Assembly: GCA_021604145.1 (NCBI GenBank)
Contig: BQIX01000002.1
Span: 9,250-73,249, forward strand
Length of the DNA stretch: 64,000 nucleotides
Source of the DNA: Nitrospirales bacterium
GTDB taxonomy: Bacteria > Nitrospirota > Nitrospiria > Nitrospirales > UBA8639
Reading direction: 5' to 3'
Shown one piece after another: positions 17,232 through 23,505 of the stretch. The translations under genes were made by a program, and so were the position numbers. The notes beneath the pieces were generated by a model. That model was not told the DNA's origin. It searched no databases and saw nothing but the letters and a program-made list of their open reading frames with translations. Positions within the stretch are counted from its first letter, which is position 1; every line of letters starts with the position of its first letter.

Positions 17232-19106
17232 ATGGGCAGTCAAAACACCAGAATAACCCGTCGAGCGTTGTTGCAAGGCATTGGAACGCTGGGGCTGATG
17301 GCGGCCATGGCACGCCTAGTTCCATCCTATGTCTGGGCAAGTGCCACGACGACAGGGGCGACATCCATATCACCGTTAGACGGAAAGGCCATTGAATTAC
17401 TCATCGACGAGACTCCGTTTCGAATTGGGGAGCAAACCGGGATGGCGAAAACCATCAATGGCACGGTACCGGGTCCCTTGATTCGCCTGCAGGAAGGCGA
17501 AGACATTACCCTCAACGTCATCAACCGTTTGAAGGAAGATACCTCAATTCATTGGCACGGATTGATTCTTCCGCCAGATATGGACGGCGTGCCCGGTGTC
17601 AGTTTCGGTGGCATCAAGCCGGCCTCAACCTTTACCTATCGCTTCCCGGTTCGGCAAAGCGGCACGTACTGGTACCACAGCCACTCGGGCTCACAGGAGC
17701 AATCGGGTGTCTACGGGCCGATCATCATCGACCCGATTGAGCCGGAGCCGTTTCACTATGATCGTGATTATGTCGTGGTCCTCTCGGATTGGACCTTCGA
17801 GTCGCCGGAAGCGCTGTTCAACAATCTCAAAAAACTATCCGGCTACTATAACTTCCAGAGACGCACGGCACCTGAGTTTTTCTCCGACGTAGGAAGATGG
17901 GGCTGGGGCACTGCACTTGACAGCTACTTGAGCTGGGACCGGATGCGGATGGACCCAACGGATTTCGCGGATGTCACTAGCCACGCGTATATCTATTTGA
18001 TGAACGGCTTGTCGCCCGCTGGTAACTGGACGGGGCTCTTTCGTCCAGGCGACCGGGTCCGCCTGCGCGTCATCAACGCGGCGGCTATGACCTTCTTCGA
18101 TGTCCGCATACCGGGTCTCAAAATGACAGTGGTACAGGCGGATGGGCAAAACGTGCAGCCCGTCATGGTGGACGAGTTTCGCTTCGGACCGGCGGAAACG
18201 TACGATGTGATCGTCGAACCCGCCGAGGATCGTGCCTACACCATATTCGCTGAGACGATGGATCGCGGTGGCTACGCGCGCGGCACACTCGCTCCGCGTG
18301 TAGGCATGCGCGCCCCGCTTCCTGAACGTCGCCCAAGGCCGCTCCGCACCATGGCAGATATGGGCATGATGATGGAAGGCATGGATATGAAGGGGATGGA
18401 TATGGGCGACAGCACGAACAATCAGGATGGTGCGAGCCACTCGCACGACCCGGGCATGCAGATGCCAGGGAAAGAAGAAACCCAACATGTACCGGACATG
18501 GACATGATGTCAGATATGCCAGTGGATGGTCGTTCCCACTCGAAGATTCCTGGCAGCACGCCCGTCCAGCATGCACCGGGGCATCATGGTCCCGGCAATC
18601 AAGCAGTCGCCGAGTATTCCCGAAGTCGTCTGGATGAACCCGGCGTTGGGTTAGCAAATTCCGACACGCGGGTCCTGGTCTATACCGACTTGAAAAGCCT
18701 TACGCCCTATCCCGACCAACGGGAGCCGGAGCGTGAGATCGAACTTCACCTCACGGGCCACATGGAGCGGTATATGTGGTCGTTTGACGGCAAGAAGTTT
18801 TCGGAAGCGAAAGAGCCCATTGGCTTTCGTTATGGCGAGCGTCTGCGCTTGACCTTCGTGAACGACACGATGATGGAGCATCCCCTGCATCTGCACGGGA
18901 TGTGGATGCACCTTGAGAACGGCACGGGTGCCTACCTGCCGCGTAAGCACACGGTCATCGTCAAGCCTGCCGAGCGGCTATCCGTCGCGATCACCGCTGA
19001 CGCACCGGGACGTTGGGCGTTTCACTGCCATCTGCTCCTTCATATGGAAGCAGGGATGTTCCGGATCGTCGAGGTAACCAGCAAAGAGCCGGAGGTGCGT
19101 TCATGA
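17232..19106 (+). CDS. pcoA: periplasmic multicopper oxidase (CopA/PcoA type) with Met/His-rich insert
   Basis: Tat signal ITRRALLQG. Copper-site motifs HWHG, WYHSH, HPLHLHG, HCHLLLHMEAGM. Insert MADMGMMMEGMDMKGMDMG...DMDMMSDMP. Confidence 0.9.
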   Translation: MGSQNTRITRRALLQGIGTLGLMAAMARLVPSYVWASATTTGATSISPLDGKAIELLIDETPFRIGEQTGMAKTINGTVPGPLIRLQEGEDITLNVINRLKEDTSIHWHGLILPPDMDGVPGVSFGGIKPASTFTYRFPVRQSGTYWYHSHSGSQEQSGVYGPIIIDPIEPEPFHYDRDYVVVLSDWTFESPEALFNNLKKLSGYYNFQRRTAPEFFSDVGRWGWGTALDSYLSWDRMRMDPTDFADVTSHAYIYLMNGLSPAGNWTGLFRPGDRVRLRVINAAAMTFFDVRIPGLKMTVVQADGQNVQPVMVDEFRFGPAETYDVIVEPAEDRAYTIFAETMDRGGYARGTLAPRVGMRAPLPERRPRPLRTMADMGMMMEGMDMKGMDMGDSTNNQDGASHSHDPGMQMPGKEETQHVPDMDMMSDMPVDGRSHSKIPGSTPVQHAPGHHGPGNQAVAEYSRSRLDEPGVGLANSDTRVLVYTDLKSLTPYPDQREPEREIELHLTGHMERYMWSFDGKKFSEAKEPIGFRYGERLRLTFVNDTMMEHPLHLHGMWMHLENGTGAYLPRKHTVIVKPAERLSVAITADAPGRWAFHCHLLLHMEAGMFRIVEVTSKEPEVRS

Positions 19107-19978
19107 GCGCGCCTCTTCGAGGTATTCTTTCGCTGACGGTGATGAGTCTCTTGAGCCTGGAACTCTACGCGGCAGGCGTCTCTGCGCAGACCATCCCTCA
19201 AGCATTGCCCCCTGCGGATGCGAACACGCAGACCTCTCCTGTGGTGCATGCAGACGCGCAGTTGGGCACAGTGTCAAACGTCGCCTCCCAGCCTGCCTGG
19301 CCCAGTCCGGTCGACGATCAACGGAACCACAGCTTTTTTCTCGTCGACGTCCTTGAATACCGTCCAAAAATAGGTGGGTCAGGAAGTGGGAACGACTATC
19401 GGTGGGACATCGAAGGTTGGTATGGCGGGGATTACAACCGCCTCTGGTTCAAAAGCGAAGGGCAACAAAACTCCGCATTGAAGGCCGACTACGATGTTGA
19501 CTCTCAACTACTCTACGGACGTTTTTTCCAACAGTATTACGACTTTCAGATCGGTGGTCGCCTTGAAACACAGTCCTTCGAAGGACGAAATGTGACGCGT
19601 GGACTGGCAGTGATTGGCCTACAAGGACTCGTTCCCTATAACTACGAAATCGAGTCCGCTCTTTTTGTGAGTCATCGCGGCCACGTGTCTGCTCGCTTGA
19701 CGACAACGAAAGACCTGTTCTTGAGTCAACGACTCATCCTTCAGCTTCGAGGTGAAACGAATGTCGCGATTCAACGAGTTAAGAAGTTCACAACTGGTTC
19801 TGGGCTCAACAACCTTGAAGGAGGCGCACGCCTGCGCTATGAAATCCGACGCGAGTTCGCTCCCTACATTGGAGTTTCCTTGGATAGAAGTTTTGGAGAG
19901 ACCGCCACCCTCGTGGGGCAAGAGGGCGGAAACCGGAGTCAAATTCGATTCGTGGTGGGCGTGCGAGCATGGTTCTAA
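19103..19978 (+). CDS. pcoB: copper-resistance outer-membrane protein CopB/PcoB
   Basis: ATGA overlap with the oxidase stop, and GGAGG at 19091. Signal peptide, beta-barrel-like C-terminal part ending RAWF. Confidence 0.85.
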   Translation: MSAPLRGILSLTVMSLLSLELYAAGVSAQTIPQALPPADANTQTSPVVHADAQLGTVSNVASQPAWPSPVDDQRNHSFFLVDVLEYRPKIGGSGSGNDYRWDIEGWYGGDYNRLWFKSEGQQNSALKADYDVDSQLLYGRFFQQYYDFQIGGRLETQSFEGRNVTRGLAVIGLQGLVPYNYEIESALFVSHRGHVSARLTTTKDLFLSQRLILQLRGETNVAIQRVKKFTTGSGLNNLEGGARLRYEIRREFAPYIGVSLDRSFGETATLVGQEGGNRSQIRFVVGVRAWF

Positions 19979-20082
19979 CACGAGCCTTGCCTCTAATGCC
20001 CGCGTTGGTTAACAAGCCGCATGCATGCCCAGACCTTGGCCGACGCTATCTTTACTGTCATCCTTCTGACCCTGGTGGCGAT

Positions 20083-20195
20083 CCCGGTCATCCCGTCATT
20101 TGGAATGCTCCGCCGTTCCGAAAATATGGAACGGTTGAACCGAGTACTCCAGGACCGGCATCCGAAGGCCACATGGCTCACCAACATGAGAGGTG
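20083..20195 (+). pseudogene. remnant copy of the 3' end of the TPR lipoprotein gene
   Basis: By hand alignment, 20083-20142 matches 15591-15650 at 49 of 60 nt. Peptides: PGHPVIWNAPPFRKYGTVEP versus PGHPVIWNAPPFRKYGNVET. No TPR body lies upstream. Confidence 0.6.
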
Positions 20196-20223
20196 TAGCG
20201 CAAATCATTTAGGAAAGGACTTC

Positions 20224-20823
20224 TTGACAGTGTCCTCAAATCCGGAATCGCACAACTCCAGGAAACCGATAAGCCCTGATGTGGCCGAGTTGCTCATCAA
20301 CAATCGGCGTGCCTTTCTTCGCTTCCTCACCCGTCATATGGGGAGTACGGATATGGCGGAGGAAGTCCTGCAACAATTCTACCTTCGAGCTATCAGCAAA
20401 GCGTCAGATATCAAAAAGCGAGAGAGTGTTCTGCAATGGTTGTATCGGGTACTGAGCAGCACCCTGGCTGATTATTATCGTGCCAAAACGGCCAGGCAGC
20501 AGAGTGAGGCCCAATATGCCTACTTTCAACCCAAGTTTTTGAAAGACGATGTGGATTCTGAGGCAGCATGTATGTGTTTCTATCAGCTCCTCCCCACGCT
20601 CAAACCCGAGTATAGCGAGATGTTGGAGCGGATCGATCTTCGTGGCGAATCACGCGCAAAGGTGGCAGAGGACTTAGACATAACGCTCAACCTAGTCCGA
20701 GTGCGCCTGCATCGAGCGCGACAGGCTCTCAAGCACGCACTCCTCGTGTCCTGCAAGGGCTGTTGTCCTGAACACAACTTTATGAACTGTGATTGTGAAC
20801 ACTGGGAGAGAATGCCACATTGA
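20224..20823 (+). CDS. ECF-type sigma factor with Cys-rich C-terminus (CorE-like), copy A
   Basis: Sigma-2 region (EEVLQQFYLRAI ... WLYRVLSSTLADYYR), linker CMC, sigma-4 HTH (LRGESRAKVAEDLDITLNLVRVRLHRARQAL), then C-x2-CC-x7-CxC. The start is set at TTG 20224 (or GTG 20230) after AGGAAAGGA, because the longer ORF from 19969 only adds the TPR-tail remnant. Confidence 0.75.
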   Translation: MTVSSNPESHNSRKPISPDVAELLINNRRAFLRFLTRHMGSTDMAEEVLQQFYLRAISKASDIKKRESVLQWLYRVLSSTLADYYRAKTARQQSEAQYAYFQPKFLKDDVDSEAACMCFYQLLPTLKPEYSEMLERIDLRGESRAKVAEDLDITLNLVRVRLHRARQALKHALLVSCKGCCPEHNFMNCDCEHWERMPH

Positions 20824-20845
20824 ATTTTTACTTGCTTACGAAAAC

Positions 20846-20874
20846 TGTAATGCGACGAGCGAAATACCGTCTTA
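20846..20874 (+). promoter_or_regulatory. candidate ECF-type promoter TGTAAT-N16-CGTCTTA, copy 1
   Basis: The bipartite motif is conserved with 30213-30241 while the spacer has diverged. It lies 23 nt after the sigma A stop and upstream of the lipoprotein genes. Confidence 0.45.
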
Positions 20875-20964
20875 CATGTGATTGAAATTGCCAACAACCG
20901 AAATTGGCTGGTCAAGATCAGAAGGCTGGGACAAAACGGGTAAAGCTAGGGGGAGCGGTTTCGT

Positions 20965-21318
20965 ATGAACGGTCGAATTCTGATGTATGTATGGGTGGCG
21001 GGAATGTTTCTTTCTTCCACCTTAGGGCTAATGGCCTGTGGAGAGTCGGCACCCCCTCCACAAGTCTCTTTGATTGACCAGGCGTTGGTGGATACCTCTC
21101 TTCGAGAACGACTCATTGAACGAGGAGCCGCCGATGAAGAATTTGTCCATCAAATTTTAGAGAAATTCAGTCTGAGTCCTGGTGGGAACCAACAACTCTC
21201 TGAAATCCTGGCAGCGCACTTCGAACACCACCCTGAAACCGCCAAGGCTGTATTTATGAAAATGAAAACCCAAGAGGATTTTCAAAAATGGCTCGTTGAA
21301 GAACTGAAAGGCACATAG
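20965..21318 (+). CDS. hypothetical lipoprotein, 117 aa
   Basis: Lipobox GLMACG. ORF track. No family recognised. Confidence 0.6.
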   Translation: MNGRILMYVWVAGMFLSSTLGLMACGESAPPPQVSLIDQALVDTSLRERLIERGAADEEFVHQILEKFSLSPGGNQQLSEILAAHFEHHPETAKAVFMKMKTQEDFQKWLVEELKGT

Positions 21319-21389
21319 GATTATCTTTGGTGATAGAGACTAGTTATTCCAGCACATCGGTGCAACTGAAACCGCAAGAGAGGGGCATA

Positions 21390-21764
21390 ATGAGAAGGGT
21401 CCCAACATGGTTTCGTATGGTGTTCATCCTATCTATCACCTTCCTTGTAGGGTGTGCTTCGAATCAACCGAAAGAATTGGTGGAACGCAATGATCACGCT
21501 GGATTGAAGGTATGGTATCTGACGGAGTCTGCAACGTTGCGCGCCAAGGGCGAAGTGATGCGTCAAATGGCTGATGAATACGGGAGACAACAGACCAAGC
21601 CAGGCTTACCCTCTGAATTAGCTCGACATTGTGAAAACCTGGTTGAGCGATACACGAAAGCCGCTGAAGACATGGAAACCTTGGCCAACGTTCATGCCAA
21701 GCTTCCCTTAAGCGGCCCAGGAAACACCCAGCCGCCAGAGGGTTTTAAACTGTTTTCTTTTTAA
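21390..21764 (+). CDS. small lipoprotein, paralog A (NDHAGL...WY...MRQMA...HC.NL.ERY.KAAE family)
   Basis: Lipobox LVGCAS. Paralog of 42159-42494. Internal ATG 21390 chosen after GAGAGGGG. Confidence 0.65.
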   Translation: MRRVPTWFRMVFILSITFLVGCASNQPKELVERNDHAGLKVWYLTESATLRAKGEVMRQMADEYGRQQTKPGLPSELARHCENLVERYTKAAEDMETLANVHAKLPLSGPGNTQPPEGFKLFSF

Positions 21765-21779
21765 AAGGAGGGAATAATC

Positions 21780-22625
21780 ATGCGATCTTGGAATAATCGT
21801 AATGTGGGAAAAAGGAGCCGGCGAACGACATTGGTTCTTTTCATGGTTTTAAGTCTCACGCCACTTTCCCCGGTATATAGTCAAAACACAACATGGAGTC
21901 CTCAACGACATCAAGGCAATCGGACTACCGATTCTTCAATGATCATCAGTCAGCAGTTGGTAGAATTGCGTGGCAATATTGCCAGTCTGGAAGCCGCTTT
22001 GGAACAAGATCACCGAGGCTCGGTGTCTTTGGTGAACGCTCAGATGGGAATGGACCCTATGGGGTGTGGAGAAGGAGGCTGTGGTCAACCCAGCTCGGGT
22101 AGGAAAACCGGAAAAATGAGTGGTATGGGGAAAGAGGGAATGGGAACGATGGGAATGGGTTCCCGGAAAATGGGAATGGAGAATATGGGGATGATGGGAA
22201 AGATGAGAACACGGAAAGGCCGAATGTCAGGGTCGGCTCTACCCGGGTTTCCTGGGGCATCTCATCTCTATCATATTGGGGGAACCGATTTTTTCCTCGA
22301 TCACCAAGAGCACATCACACTTTCTCCGCAACAGGAATTGGCCATCAATCAAATTAAAGAACAAGCCCTGCTAACCCAAGCGACCTTCGATCGGCAGGTT
22401 GAGCAAGCCGAACAAGAGCTGTGGGTCTTGACCAGTTCAGATCAACCCGCCATTCAGCGAATCGAGCCCAAAATCCGCCAAATCGAAAAGTTGAAGGGAG
22501 ATCAGCGACTCGGCTTTTTCCGTGCGGTAGGTGAGGCCGCTCAAGTGCTTACCGAGCAACAGCGGCAGATTTTGCTTGGAACGGGATCGCCGCAATCCAA
22601 GGCTCAGGGGTCTGAACAGAAATGA
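21780..22625 (+). CDS. periplasmic Met/Gly-rich protein with CpxP/Spy/ZraP-type LTXXQ C-terminal domain
   Basis: Signal peptide. Stretch MGMDPMGCGEGGCG...MSGMGKEGMGTMGMGSRKMGMENMGMMGKM. Two LTXXQ-like motifs (LSPQQ, LTEQQ), as in heavy-metal resistance/Spy family proteins. Confidence 0.75.
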   Translation: MRSWNNRNVGKRSRRTTLVLFMVLSLTPLSPVYSQNTTWSPQRHQGNRTTDSSMIISQQLVELRGNIASLEAALEQDHRGSVSLVNAQMGMDPMGCGEGGCGQPSSGRKTGKMSGMGKEGMGTMGMGSRKMGMENMGMMGKMRTRKGRMSGSALPGFPGASHLYHIGGTDFFLDHQEHITLSPQQELAINQIKEQALLTQATFDRQVEQAEQELWVLTSSDQPAIQRIEPKIRQIEKLKGDQRLGFFRAVGEAAQVLTEQQRQILLGTGSPQSKAQGSEQK

Positions 22626-22734
22626 TTTTGGAAACCCTGCGGATTTGGAAAAACACGAATGCGGGAGTTAGCAGAATGGGATGGCTTGCCGATCAGGGGC
22701 GAGTCATCGTGCCTGAGAAATCGTGGATGAGTGA

Positions 22735-22945
22735 CGGATGCACCGTATCGAACAAGCTGAGTAAGTGCTTTCCCTGTTGACGGGTTCTGCTCAGATGCAA
22801 ACCTAAATGGCCGAAATTGGGAACCTGTAGGCCGATCGGCGCATGAATTTCATTCGCACGGTGGAGGAGGCCACCAAGGCTTTCACACATGATCAACATC
22901 GTGCCCTGTTGGGGACGATGATTTCTAATCAACAGTCACAACCGA
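22735..22945 (+). pseudogene. decayed remnant of a paralog of the LTXXQ protein C-terminus
   Basis: The frame of 22738 reads RMHRIEQAE*VLSLLTGSAQMQT*MAEIGNL*ADRRMNFIRTVEEATKAFTHDQHRALLGT. The last 34 residues align ungapped with IEKLKGDQRLGFFRAVGEAAQVLTEQQRQILLGT at 15 of 34 identical. In-frame stops at 22762, 22804 and 22828. Confidence 0.55.
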
Positions 22946-22966
22946 ACCATGAAAGGAGTAAGGGCC

Positions 22967-23302
22967 ATGCAGACCAAAAGACAAATTGTTTCAGGTGTCC
23001 TTGTATGTTTCACGTTAAGTCTTTCTTCGTTGAGTTTCGCAGAAGACAAGTCGCAGTCCACGACCCCGATGTCGTCGGAGTTGCGGAAAGACATGGCGGA
23101 TATGTATCAGAAGATGGCGGTTTGTTTAAGGACGGATACGTCTCTTTCTCTTGAAGAGTGTCAGCGCAAGGTAGCGAACGATTGTCCCGTCGTTGCCAAG
23201 ACAGGCCAGTGTCCGATTGAAAAGGGTATCGGGCACAGGGGTTCTCGAGGCATGCGTTCAGAGGGTATGGGACTCATGGGAGGTCCTCATAAAATGCGCT
23301 AG
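22967..23302 (+). CDS. secreted small Cys-containing protein, ~111 aa
   Basis: ATG 22967 lies 8 nt after AAGGAG. Signal peptide ending SFAED, four Cys, Met/Gly-rich tail GMRSEGMGLMGG. Confidence 0.55.
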   Translation: MQTKRQIVSGVLVCFTLSLSSLSFAEDKSQSTTPMSSELRKDMADMYQKMAVCLRTDTSLSLEECQRKVANDCPVVAKTGQCPIEKGIGHRGSRGMRSEGMGLMGGPHKMR

Positions 23303-23409
23303 CTAAATGCGAGGGTCGGCACGATACCCGACTGAGCGAATGTCATCGAATCGGGAAAGATCATCGTCCCCGAGGAATCTCTTCTTAAAGTTGTGAAAGG
23401 AGCAGCGTT

Positions 23410-23505
23410 ATGTCTTCCGCCAAAACGAAGTCGATTGAGATTCGTTATCGGGCACCAAAAGACTTCGACGCCATGAACCGCAGGATCGAGGTTGCGTCGC
23501 TATGA
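23410..23505 (+). CDS. 31-aa upstream ORF translationally coupled to the reductase gene
   Basis: Own translation: MSSAKTKSIEIRYRAPKDFDAMNRRIEVASL. AAGGAG lies upstream. Its stop overlaps the next start (ATGA at 23502-23505). Confidence 0.35.
   Translation: MSSAKTKSIEIRYRAPKDFDAMNRRIEVASL

Noticed and set aside
17835-18488. 217-aa and 164-aa antisense ORFs inside the multicopper oxidase gene.
   Set aside because: They are typical long antisense frames in a GC-rich gene. They are His/Arg-rich with no motifs, while the sense strand carries all four copper-site motifs.
19969-20223. N-terminal 85 codons of the long ORF 19969-20823, as part of the sigma factor.
   Set aside because: This part overlaps the CopB end and consists of the TPR-tail remnant read in frame. 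The paralogous sigma B has no such extension, and an RBS-preceded TTG/GTG lies at 20224/20230.
22693-22932. 79-aa minus-strand ORF in the gap after the LTXXQ gene.
   Set aside because: It lies antisense to a recognisable decayed paralog fragment and has no RBS. It is treated as spurious.
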